Source: Rhodothermales bacterium (GTDB lineage: Bacteria; Bacteroidota; Rhodothermia; Rhodothermales; Bin80). Taken from it: DNA of 64,000 nt. The translations under genes were made by a program, and so were the position numbers. Shown here in pieces: positions 54,390 through 63,348 of this stretch. Under the pieces are notes generated by a model. That model saw only the letters and a program-made list of their open reading frames with translations. It was not told the origin of the DNA and ran no database searches. Where the stretch lies: positions 505 to 64,504 of the forward strand of contig JAAXGT010000180.1 of assembly GCA_012271205.1 (NCBI GenBank). Direction: 5' to 3'. The first letter of the stretch is position 1. Each line of letters begins with the position of its first letter.

Positions 54390-57170
54390 ATGGCATTGAT
54401 CCCTTGGTATAAAATCGTCACGCTTCGTCGAGAAGTGCGAGAAGGCCGCTCATTCAGTCCAGACGAGTTCGCCATTGCCCTTGAGCAGGTGGTCGCGGGC
54501 ACCGCCCCTAAGGATTACCGGGATCCAGCCCAGTTTTTCTCCAGAACCTGCTTTACCCGTGCGTTGAAGGAGCATGTTGGCATGGTGCTCCGCCGACTTT
54601 CCGGCAAAACCGAGAACACGCCGCCGGTCCTTACTCTTATCACGCAATTTGGCGGTGGCAAGACGCACACCCTTACGTCGCTCTATCACTTGGCTAGGGC
54701 CGGTGCAGGCGCCTCCGACCTTCCGGGTGTATCCGATCTGCTTAAGGAGGCGGGGATCGCAAAGGCGCCCTCGGCCCGCGTCGGGGTATTTGTCGGCAAC
54801 GCCTGGGATCCGGTGGAGGGTCGGGAGACGCCATGGATTGATCTGGCGCGTCAACTCGCGGGCAATCAGGGCGTGGCCGCGCTTGGGGCTGCCGCTCGGA
54901 CGATACCGCCGGGGACAGAGGCGCTCGCCAACGTATTTGCCACTGCAGACGCTCCCGTGCTCTTGCTGTTCGACGAAGTCCTCAACTTCGTCAACCGCCA
55001 TAGGAGCATGGCCGAGAGTTTTCACGCCTTCATCCAGAATCTGTCCGTTGCGGTCACCGGGACCACGCAAGCGGTCGCTGTTATCAGCCTGCCTCGCAGC
55101 CAGGTTGAAATGACCGATTGGGATCAACAGTGGCAGGACCGGATCACCAAGGTGGTTCGTCGGGTGGCCCGTGATCTGATCGCCAATGACGAATCCGAAA
55201 TCAGTGAAGTCGTGTGCAGGCGGCTGTTCGGGGATAGAGGAAACGTGCGCACTCGCAAGAAAGTAGCCAAGACCTATGCGGACTGGTGCTTCGAGCGCAC
55301 TGCGCGCCTCCCGGCGGAATGGTTGGCTGTCGACACCGCGATAACAGAGGCGAAGGCAAAGGAGTTTCTCAAGCACCGGTTCGAGGCCTGTTACCCATTC
55401 CATCCTGCGACCCTTTCGGTCTTTCAACGAAAGTGGCGCGCACTTACTCAGTTTCAGCAGACCCGGGGCGCACTGGCCATGCTCGCGCAGTGGATATCGA
55501 CGGCCTCTAAAGAGCAGTTCCGAAAGGCGCGAACGGAGTCGCTGATTACACTTGGTTCGGCACCGTTAGACATTCTGGAGTTCCGTGCTGTCGTGCTGGG
55601 TCAACTGGGTGAGAATCGGCTTGATGTGGCTATCAACGCCGACATTGCTGGACGTATGGCGCATGCTCAGGCCCTTGATGCTGATGCCCAAGGCGCGCTG
55701 CGCGACATCCATCGGCGTGTGGGGACGTCGATTCTGTTCGAGTCTTCCGGCGGGCAGGTGGACAAGGTCGCCCATTTGCCGGAATTGCGCTTCGCACTGG
55801 GTGAGCCGGCGATCGACACAACGACCATTGACAATGCCGCAGCAGCCTTGGAAGCAAAAGGATTCTTTATTCGAAAGGTGGGTACCGACGGCTATCGCAT
55901 CCACCACCAGGCGACCTTGAAAAAGGTGGTCAGCGACCGGCGCGCGTCGCTGGACGAAGAGACGGAGGTCAAGCCGGCCATCCGCAAGCTTGCCGAAGGT
56001 GAGTTCCGCCGTGGTGCAACCCTGCCCGTTGTAGTCTTCCCTAAGGATAGTGCCGCGGTCCAGGATACTCCGCGTCTGACACTGGTCATTCTTGACCCGG
56101 AAACGGAATGGATCAGCGGTGACCAAGTAGTTGACCGTATTGGGCAATGGACGAAGGAGCGTGGCCCATCGCCCCGACTCTACCCGGGTTCTATCGTCTG
56201 GTGTGCCAAAGCGCCTGGGCGTAAGCTTCGTGAAAAGGTTGAGTTGTGGCTCGCCTGGCGGCGGGTGGCACTAGAAATTGCTGAAGGTGTACTGGGTGCC
56301 GAATTCGACCGAACTGATCGAGCCAACGTGCAGGGCAAGGTCAAGGAAGCGGAGGAGGCATCAAAGGATGAAGTGTGGGCCAGTTACCGATTCGCTGTAC
56401 TTTTGGATTCACAGGAGCAGGGTGGGTTTAGGATCATTGACCTCGGGGCTGGCCATTCGAGTGCGAGTGAAACTCTCTGTGGGCGCATTATTGGCGCGTT
56501 AAAATCCGAAGCGCTGCTCAACGAAAGCGTGGGAGCTGGCTACATTGAGCGGCACTGGCCGCCTGCTTTTAAAGACACTGGAGCTTGGCCGCTTACCAGT
56601 TTGCGACAGAGCTTTCTCGACGGCTCGTTAACGCGGTTGATCGATCTCGAGAAGATTCTTTGTCGGCAGATCACCCGGTTTGTATCCAATGGAGATTTTG
56701 GCTTGGCGTCGGGTCTTGAGGACGATGGAAGCTATAGGCGGGTGTGGTATGCGGAATCGATTTCACAAGAAGAAGTTGTGTTTGAGCCGGGCGTCTTCCT
56801 GCTGACCCAAACCAAGGCTAAGGAACTCAGATCTAAAGACACTCCTCAGCCACGCCCGCAACCCCCACCAGATCCCGTTCCTGAACTTGGCCCGAGGCCG
56901 GATCCTAAACCGAGTCTGGACGAGGGAAAGATGTGCCTACGGCTTATTGGCAATGTGCCTCCGGAAGTATGGAACAGGCTTGGAACCAAAATTCTGCCCA
57001 AGCTGCGGTCCCGGTCCTTGGATAACCTCCGTGTTGGCATCGAATTCTCCGCAAGTGGTAGTACCACTCACGTCCGGCGATTGGAGGCGGATTTGCGTCA
57101 GATTCTAGATGAATTGGAGCTGGGTGACCGAGTGCGTGTTGAGAAGACGGATTCCCCTCATGATGCCTAA
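54390..57170 (+). CDS. DUF499 family ATPase (COG1483-type)
   Basis: Walker A 'QFGGGKTHTL', Walker B 'VLLLFDEVLNF', 926 aa, and a Pro-rich linker 'PQPRPQPPPDPVPELGPRPDPKP' before a small C-terminal domain. Confidence 0.8.
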   Translation: MALIPWYKIVTLRREVREGRSFSPDEFAIALEQVVAGTAPKDYRDPAQFFSRTCFTRALKEHVGMVLRRLSGKTENTPPVLTLITQFGGGKTHTLTSLYHLARAGAGASDLPGVSDLLKEAGIAKAPSARVGVFVGNAWDPVEGRETPWIDLARQLAGNQGVAALGAAARTIPPGTEALANVFATADAPVLLLFDEVLNFVNRHRSMAESFHAFIQNLSVAVTGTTQAVAVISLPRSQVEMTDWDQQWQDRITKVVRRVARDLIANDESEISEVVCRRLFGDRGNVRTRKKVAKTYADWCFERTARLPAEWLAVDTAITEAKAKEFLKHRFEACYPFHPATLSVFQRKWRALTQFQQTRGALAMLAQWISTASKEQFRKARTESLITLGSAPLDILEFRAVVLGQLGENRLDVAINADIAGRMAHAQALDADAQGALRDIHRRVGTSILFESSGGQVDKVAHLPELRFALGEPAIDTTTIDNAAAALEAKGFFIRKVGTDGYRIHHQATLKKVVSDRRASLDEETEVKPAIRKLAEGEFRRGATLPVVVFPKDSAAVQDTPRLTLVILDPETEWISGDQVVDRIGQWTKERGPSPRLYPGSIVWCAKAPGRKLREKVELWLAWRRVALEIAEGVLGAEFDRTDRANVQGKVKEAEEASKDEVWASYRFAVLLDSQEQGGFRIIDLGAGHSSASETLCGRIIGALKSEALLNESVGAGYIERHWPPAFKDTGAWPLTSLRQSFLDGSLTRLIDLEKILCRQITRFVSNGDFGLASGLEDDGSYRRVWYAESISQEEVVFEPGVFLLTQTKAKELRSKDTPQPRPQPPPDPVPELGPRPDPKPSLDEGKMCLRLIGNVPPEVWNRLGTKILPKLRSRSLDNLRVGIEFSASGSTTHVRRLEADLRQILDELELGDRVRVEKTDSPHDA

Positions 57171-57379
57171 CAGACTAAAAGCTTTCCGTGCAAGCTGTCT
57201 CCCCATGAGGCCGTTGCTGGCCACATTACCCAAACACCAAACGAACGGTCAAATGCAATACTCGTGTTTTGCGTTCTGAGGTGCTGGAGCATAGAAAATC
57301 GATAAAGGGAGCGTGTTCAGTCCAAGTAATGGCGATATCCGTGAGTCCAACCAAACGGGTTATCCAGTGAACCTTGGTG

Positions 57380-57873
57380 AATGCCACCAGACATACATCT
57401 TGCTACAGCACAAATGTTCACTCTGCAAGATTGTCACGCAATCAGGGCGTACGCTACCCTTGATAAAGCGGGAGCTGGATCGCAACGGGTGTCCAAGTGG
57501 CGATTACGATCCCAATTAGGCGGAGGCAAGCGCACGTGCGTGGCGCAGAGCAGAATCGAGGCAGTGGCGCGTTATGCATACATATGCTATGGGCATCTGA
57601 AATTTGCATGCGGTTGCGTAAGAGCTGGTGCCCTGAACAGATCGCAGGTTGGTGCTATGAGTCTGTCTGTCAAGAGAATCTACGTGCAGATTGCTGATCT
57701 GTGGACGGCACGCTGTACCGACACTTGCGGCACAAGAGCATCGCAGCTACAAGCGCGCGGCAAGCTGCGTAGGCATCGAAGAACACCCGCTGGAAGTCGA
57801 TGCGAAGTTGTGTGTGGGCGACTGGGAGGTGGATCTTGGCCGAAGGGTATTTGCTTACGCCGGTAGAGCGTAA
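57380..57873 (+). mobile_element. IS30-family transposase remnant (frameshifted, truncated)
   Basis: 'GRTLPLIKRELDRNG' (HTH 'GRSPSTISRELKRN'-like), 'SWCPEQIAGW' ('WSPEQIAG'), 'RIYVQI' and 'GDWEVDL' ('GHWEGDL') lie in three different frames. Homology stops before the DDE core. Confidence 0.55.
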
Positions 57874-58072
57874 AAAACCAAGTCAAGCTCCAATCTAGAG
57901 CACAATTGGGACTTGCTCAATCACGGGGTATGTTCTGGATGCACTGAGGGTGTGTCCAAGAGATGGAACGGCCGCACAAACCCCACGAGAGAGTCTTCTC
58001 AGAACGGGAATAGGCCCCTTTGACCTCTTTGGGAATCTGCTGACGTCAATCTGACTTTAGAAACACCATTGA

Positions 58073-59113
58073 TCAGAGCTTCCTTCGTTCTATTGGTGGT
58101 GGGGGCATCGTATTGCGCCCCTCACCCTCGTCTAGCTTTAGCTGCACATGCGGGAAAGGAATTTCTATGTCAGCTTTGCGCAGGGCCTCGCGGATCCGCT
58201 CTGTATAGTCATAGGTGATTTGCCGTTCATGCTCGGCTTCGGGCACATATACCCAAAGGCTCAGATCAATGCTGCTGTTGTTCAGCTCATTTACGACAAC
58301 CTTAGGTGCTGGATGCTCCAACAGGCGCGCATCGCCACGCGTGAGGGCAAGGACTATTTTGCGGGCCTCGTCTGGATATTCCTTGTATGCCACGGAGAAC
58401 GGAATCTCAATGCGCAGCGCCCCGGCAATCGTGTGATTGAGGACTTTCTCGTTGGCCATTTGCTGATTGGGCACCACTAGAATCTCATTCTTGGGGGTGC
58501 GCAGCCTGGTCGTACGCAGCGTAATCTCGCTGATCACACCATACGTGCCTTGTACAATGACGGTATCTCCAATCCTGAACGGCTGATCCACCAGGATGCT
58601 TACCCCGGAAATGATGTTCTCCACGGTGTCACGGGCCGCAAAGCCTAGCGCGATTCCTGCAATGCCAATACCTGCTACAAGCGCAGATGGATCGACCCCC
58701 AGCGTCTGTAATACCATTACACCCACAAACGCCAGTCCTCCAAGCCGGAAGGACTGTAACACCAGTGTCTCGAGACCTTGCTGGATATAACTGCTGCGTC
58801 GCAGGATTCGACGCAGAACGCTGTAACACATCCGGTACAGCGAGTAAAAGATGATCAGGACGAGCAGAGCCCCTAATACCTTGGGTCCAAGCCGGGCCAG
58901 TTCCTGTTCCAAATTTTGACCGAGGAGGTCTAGGGCCTCACCGAATCGCCCCGTGTAAATCAGGTCGCCTGCTTCCGAAAAGCTCTCGTTTAACCTTGGC
59001 TGTCCGCCGGAAGTGTCGGGTACCGTAGACAGTGTATCTGCCCCCGCTTGCACGGAATCCACCGCAATCTGGGCGGAGTCAGCATTTGGACTCTGGATGG
59101 GGGCTGCTTGCAC
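58073..59113 (-). CDS. Small-conductance mechanosensitive channel (MscS family)
   Basis: 'IISGVSILVDQPFRIGDTVIVQGTYGVISEITLRTTRLRT' is the MscS beta-domain signature, preceded by TM helices. Confidence 0.85.
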   Translation of the reverse strand: MQAAPIQSPNADSAQIAVDSVQAGADTLSTVPDTSGGQPRLNESFSEAGDLIYTGRFGEALDLLGQNLEQELARLGPKVLGALLVLIIFYSLYRMCYSVLRRILRRSSYIQQGLETLVLQSFRLGGLAFVGVMVLQTLGVDPSALVAGIGIAGIALGFAARDTVENIISGVSILVDQPFRIGDTVIVQGTYGVISEITLRTTRLRTPKNEILVVPNQQMANEKVLNHTIAGALRIEIPFSVAYKEYPDEARKIVLALTRGDARLLEHPAPKVVVNELNNSSIDLSLWVYVPEAEHERQITYDYTERIREALRKADIEIPFPHVQLKLDEGEGRNTMPPPPIERRKL

Positions 59114-59122
59114 GGCTTTGAA

Positions 59123-59998
59123 TCAGGATGTACGCCGCTTGGCAGCAAGCAGCGTGTTTTGGAGCAACATGGCGATAGTCATCGGACCTACGCCGCCTGG
59201 TACCGGTGTGATCCATCCGGCGATTTCTTTGACGGCTTCATAATCGACATCACCGGTAAGCCGATAGCCGCTAGGGCGCGAATTGTCCTCTATGCGGTTA
59301 ATGCCAACGTCAATCACGGCTGCACCAGGCTTGATCATGTCCGCGCTAACGAAGTGTGCACGTCCTATGGCTGCAACAAGAATATCCGCTTCACGACACA
59401 CTTCGGACAGGTTGCGCGTGCGGCTGTGGCAGACGGTAACTGTGGCATCATAGCCCTTGTGCATTAGTAAGCTGGCCAGCGGCCTGCCCACCAGATTAGA
59501 ACGTCCAATGATGACGACCCGACGTCCTCGGGTCTCAATTTCACTGTGTCGCAAGAGCTCTACTACGCCGGACGGAGTACACGGAATGAAGCCTACCTGA
59601 CCGGTGGCCAAGCGTCCGGCATTAACCACATGCAGGCCGTCCACATCCTTATCTGGATTCAATTCGGCTATAATCCGGTCCGCGCGAATATGGTCAGGCA
59701 ACGGGAGTTGCACGAGAATGCCGTCCACGTTTGGCTGCTGTCCAAGATCCCTGACCACATCCAGTAATTCCTGCTCAGTAATGTTTGCACCAAAGGTGAG
59801 CGTATCGCCTGCAATGCCAGCATCTTGGCTCGCTCGGATCTTGCCGCGCACATAGGATGCGGACGCAGGATTTTCTCCGACAAGGATCACGGCCAGATAG
59901 GGCTGTGCATGACCCTCCGAGGTCCACACCGCGACTTCGGCGCGGACATTCCGCCTAACTTCTGCGGCAACAGCCTTGCCGTCAATTATTTGAGCCAC
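59123..59998 (-). CDS. folD: Bifunctional methylenetetrahydrofolate dehydrogenase/cyclohydrolase
   Basis: 'AQIIDGKAVAAEVR', 'VGENPASASYVRGK' and 'GRSNLVGRPLA'. GTG at 59998 gives the canonical (M)AQIIDGK start; the ORF-track start is 60043. Confidence 0.9.
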   Translation of the reverse strand: MAQIIDGKAVAAEVRRNVRAEVAVWTSEGHAQPYLAVILVGENPASASYVRGKIRASQDAGIAGDTLTFGANITEQELLDVVRDLGQQPNVDGILVQLPLPDHIRADRIIAELNPDKDVDGLHVVNAGRLATGQVGFIPCTPSGVVELLRHSEIETRGRRVVIIGRSNLVGRPLASLLMHKGYDATVTVCHSRTRNLSEVCREADILVAAIGRAHFVSADMIKPGAAVIDVGINRIEDNSRPSGYRLTGDVDYEAVKEIAGWITPVPGGVGPMTIAMLLQNTLLAAKRRTS

Positions 59999-60094
59999 TT
60001 CAAAAAATGCTGGTTTGTAAGGTTGATTCGCCTGGAGTGGCACGAATGCGAAACGGTCTGCGGTTTCCCACCAACAGCCGACGTACCGTGTATG

Positions 60095-60115
60095 TTTGAA
60101 CGCGTACAGTTCAAA
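60095..60115. promoter_or_regulatory. Inverted repeat TTTGAAC-N7-GTTCAAA in the folD / TonB-receptor divergent spacer
   Basis: Perfect 7-bp arms read directly from the sequence. The spacer 'gcgtaca' contains part of an ACGCGT palindrome. Confidence 0.2.
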
Positions 60116-60146
60116 GTAGTACCATTAGCCCTAAGCGCTTCTGCGG

Positions 60147-62396
60147 ATGGCCCCGCGCAAAGCTACCGTTTTCAGTCTTGTGCTTTTCTTCACAGTACCT
60201 GCAGCCCCTGCGCAGATACTGCGCGGTTTCGTATCGGATCAGGCCACTGGGGAGCCACTCGAGAGCGTCAATGTATCGCTCGTTGACAGCACTGGGGCGC
60301 TGTACGGAGCCGCAACCAATACGGACGGCCTCTATCTCGTGCCGCGACTTCAGCCGGGTCGCTATGTGGTGCGTTTCGCGTATATCGGATACCACACGCA
60401 TGTCGACACCCTCGACTTTGCCATCGGTCAGACACGGATTCTGGACATATTCTTGGAGGAGGATACACAGCAGCTCCAGGAACTCGTAATAGAAGGAGTG
60501 CGGGAGGGATCCGTCACTGACATGGGCGCAGGCATGGAGCGCATCGAGCCAGCCGCGATTGAGCGCATGCCTGCTCCGGATGTAAGCGGCGACCTTGCGA
60601 CCTATTTGACCACGCTGCCCGGTGTCGTATTGGTGGGGGACCAGGGCGGACAATTCTATGTGCGCGGAGGAGAGCCCACGCAGAATCTGGTGCTGCTCGA
60701 TGGCATGCTGGTCTACCAGCCCTTTCACATTCTCAGCTACTACTCCGCTTTTCCTGCGGAAATCCTGCGCACGGTGGACCTGCATGCAGGTGGATTTGGC
60801 GCTCGCTTCGGTGGACGAATTTCGTCCGTGATTGATGCTTGGAGCCGCAACGGCAACAACCAGCAATTCGCAGCCTCGGGATCAATTTCGCCGTTCTTGG
60901 CCGGCACTCAGCTGGAGGGTCCGTTGGTGCCCAGTGGGCGGGTGTCTATGCTTGCGTCGGTGCGTGAGTCAGTCGTTGAGCACGCTGGATCACGTGTAAT
61001 CGGCCGAGAGGTGCCACTGCACTTCCGGGATATATTCGCGAAGGTCCACGGCCGTACAAATGAGCACGGACGCTTGTCGTTTTCGGGGTTGCGTACGTAT
61101 GACCGCGGGCGCGTGGGCTCAAATACCGGTCGTGGTGTCCCTGAAGAAGTCCGGTGGCACAATGAGGCCATAGGTGGTCGTTATCTGTACCTGCCGGGGA
61201 ATTTGCCTATTCACGCGGAGTTCATGGTCTCGTACTCACAGCATACCATGGAACTCGGGCTGCAAGAAGATCCCTTGCGCACATCCTCCACTGCGCGTGC
61301 GAACATGGAGGGCCATGTCGTGCATTATTCACGGCGGGGAGACATGCGGTGGGGTGGGTTCCTGCGGACCCTGATACTCAAGAGCGAACTAAGTGGACTG
61401 TACCAGGATTTCGAGCTTAGCACTGAATATGTCACTGAGGCCGGCATGTATGCGGCCCCCGTATACCGGATCAGCCGTCGCACTTCAATTATGCCAAGTA
61501 TCCGACTTCATCATTTTCCAAGCAAGAATCGTTTGTTTGCGGAACCCCGGATGCGACTGGAGTGGGGGCGAGGCCCTCACGATGTGAGCATGGCAGCCGG
61601 ACTGTACCACCAGGAGATCATAGGCATCAATGACCGACGCGACGCAGCCAGTGTGTTTACGGCCTGGACGGCCGTGCCCACGGGCCAGGTTCCACGTGCG
61701 TTTCACCTGCTTGTCGGATATCAACGCGCTCTGGGAGGTGGCTGGCAATTGGCCACTGACTTGTACTACAAGAGCATGAAGAATCTCTTCATTGCCGAGT
61801 GGACCGCCCGACCTCGCCTGACAACACGATTGCAGCAGGCCAGCGGGCGTGTGCTCGGTTTGGATACGCGCGCCGAGTTCCGGCGGAACTGGCTCTATGC
61901 CCACGTGAACTACGGGTTGGCAACAGTTGAGTACAAGGCTATGCAGCCGGAGTTAATTGAATGGTTCGGAAGTGCCGAGTATACGTTTCGGCCGGCACAT
62001 GACCGAAGGCACCAGATAAATATGTTTTTGGCAACAGATTACCGCGGGTATGCCCTGACACTCAGCTGGCAGTTTGGTTCAGGTCGCCCGTTCAACCGTG
62101 CGTTGGGCTTTGACGGATTTATTCTGATGGATGGTTCCGCCGATGTGTTTACGGAGCCCGGAGAACGCCGTGTGATATATGAGCGCCCGTTTAATGGCAT
62201 ATTGCCAACTTACCATCGCCTGGATGTGTCCCTTGAACGCACCTTCGTCATGGGTACCTCACGTGTCACGGCGCAGGCAAGCGTGATTAACGTGTACGAC
62301 CGCGCCAACATTTTTTACCTGGACGTCTTCACGCTTCAGCGTGCGGATCAGCTGCCAATCATTCCGGCTCTCGGCTTGAAAGTAGATATAAACTAA
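60147..62396 (+). CDS. TonB-dependent receptor with CarboxypepD_reg domain (no STN domain)
   Basis: Signal peptide, 'LRGFVSDQATGEPLESVNVSL...TDGLYLVPRLQPGRYVV', plug, and a barrel ending 'LGLKVDIN'. Confidence 0.8.
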   Translation: MAPRKATVFSLVLFFTVPAAPAQILRGFVSDQATGEPLESVNVSLVDSTGALYGAATNTDGLYLVPRLQPGRYVVRFAYIGYHTHVDTLDFAIGQTRILDIFLEEDTQQLQELVIEGVREGSVTDMGAGMERIEPAAIERMPAPDVSGDLATYLTTLPGVVLVGDQGGQFYVRGGEPTQNLVLLDGMLVYQPFHILSYYSAFPAEILRTVDLHAGGFGARFGGRISSVIDAWSRNGNNQQFAASGSISPFLAGTQLEGPLVPSGRVSMLASVRESVVEHAGSRVIGREVPLHFRDIFAKVHGRTNEHGRLSFSGLRTYDRGRVGSNTGRGVPEEVRWHNEAIGGRYLYLPGNLPIHAEFMVSYSQHTMELGLQEDPLRTSSTARANMEGHVVHYSRRGDMRWGGFLRTLILKSELSGLYQDFELSTEYVTEAGMYAAPVYRISRRTSIMPSIRLHHFPSKNRLFAEPRMRLEWGRGPHDVSMAAGLYHQEIIGINDRRDAASVFTAWTAVPTGQVPRAFHLLVGYQRALGGGWQLATDLYYKSMKNLFIAEWTARPRLTTRLQQASGRVLGLDTRAEFRRNWLYAHVNYGLATVEYKAMQPELIEWFGSAEYTFRPAHDRRHQINMFLATDYRGYALTLSWQFGSGRPFNRALGFDGFILMDGSADVFTEPGERRVIYERPFNGILPTYHRLDVSLERTFVMGTSRVTAQASVINVYDRANIFYLDVFTLQRADQLPIIPALGLKVDIN

Positions 62397-63262
62397 TGCG
62401 TGCACTGGTCACGTTAATGCTGCTTGCTTCGCTGCTCCTCGGCCTGAGTGCCTGCCAAGATAGCGTCAATGCGGTGCTGGGGACGGGCCGCGCATTCACT
62501 GTTTATGGGCATTTCAGCCCCCGCACAGATACACAGGCGGTGAGGGTGTATGCGATCGACGGGACGATAGATCACGTACAACCGGAGCCCTTGGAAGCAC
62601 ACGTACGGTCTATTGATTTGCAGACCGGTGACACTCATATCTGGCGTGATTCGGTCATTCAGTTTGCGGCCGACAACTTTGGCCACATTTTCTGGGCCAG
62701 GTTCAGACCCGACTATAAGGAGCGTCACAGACTGCTTCTCACGCGTCCCGATGGAGCGGAAGCCCAAGTGGAGGTCGTCATGCCACCGTTGTCCGAACCC
62801 GAGCTCGTGGAACCCACCGTTGAGTCGGATTATGTACTGCTGCCCGTCCTGTGGAAAAAGGCCCCGCGCCTCAACAATATCCGTGTAGTATACCACACCA
62901 ACATGGGGGCCTACGTCTTTGCATATCCAAATGAACAGCTCTCCTGGCCAGAGGGGCAAGTGGCTGTCGTGCAGCTGCACAGGGATGTTCGCTACGTCTT
63001 TCGCGCAATCTTCCAACAAGGCGGCAGCACGCGAGACACGCGTTTACGAGCCATAGAACAGATTTTGCTGGTTTCTTCAGCTGACTGGGCTCCCCCCGGT
63101 GATGTCTTTGATGCTGAGCTATTGGTGGAGCCGGGCACATTTTCCAATGTCGAGAATGGGTTCGGCTTTGTGGGTGCCGGGTATGAGGCCTCCTTCTACT
63201 ATGAGGTGCCGGACAGTATCGCGCTGGCTGCCGGCTTCTTTGTGAACGAACGGGCTTGGTAG
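62396..63262 (+). CDS. DUF4249-like lipoprotein (TonB-receptor partner)
   Basis: Lipobox 'LGLSAC' and C-terminal 'SNVENGFGFVGAG'. Its start overlaps the receptor stop. Confidence 0.5.
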   Translation: MRALVTLMLLASLLLGLSACQDSVNAVLGTGRAFTVYGHFSPRTDTQAVRVYAIDGTIDHVQPEPLEAHVRSIDLQTGDTHIWRDSVIQFAADNFGHIFWARFRPDYKERHRLLLTRPDGAEAQVEVVMPPLSEPELVEPTVESDYVLLPVLWKKAPRLNNIRVVYHTNMGAYVFAYPNEQLSWPEGQVAVVQLHRDVRYVFRAIFQQGGSTRDTRLRAIEQILLVSSADWAPPGDVFDAELLVEPGTFSNVENGFGFVGAGYEASFYYEVPDSIALAAGFFVNERAW

Positions 63263-63348
63263 TCTTGGCCGCTTATCTGGGTGACAAACGGAAGCCAGAA
63301 GCGAACACTGTGTCCCGCCCCGCAGGAATCGATCGCAGCACTTCAGTA

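Noticed and set aside
54450-55427. 325-aa antisense ORF inside the DUF499 gene. Similar long antisense ORFs: 60111-60866, 26482-27255, 52362-53033, 7036-7701, 47394-48006 and 16632-17036
   Set aside because: These are typical high-GC shadow ORFs. They are Arg/Gly/Pro-rich with no motifs, and each lies fully inside a sense gene that has strong family signatures.
44866-57170. Classifying the operon as DISARM, BREX or a type I R-M system
   Set aside because: No DUF1998 helicase or PLD gene (DISARM), no PglZ/BrxC/BrxL (BREX), and no HsdS/HsdR-type genes (type I). Only the SNF2 + DUF1156 + DUF499 combination fits.
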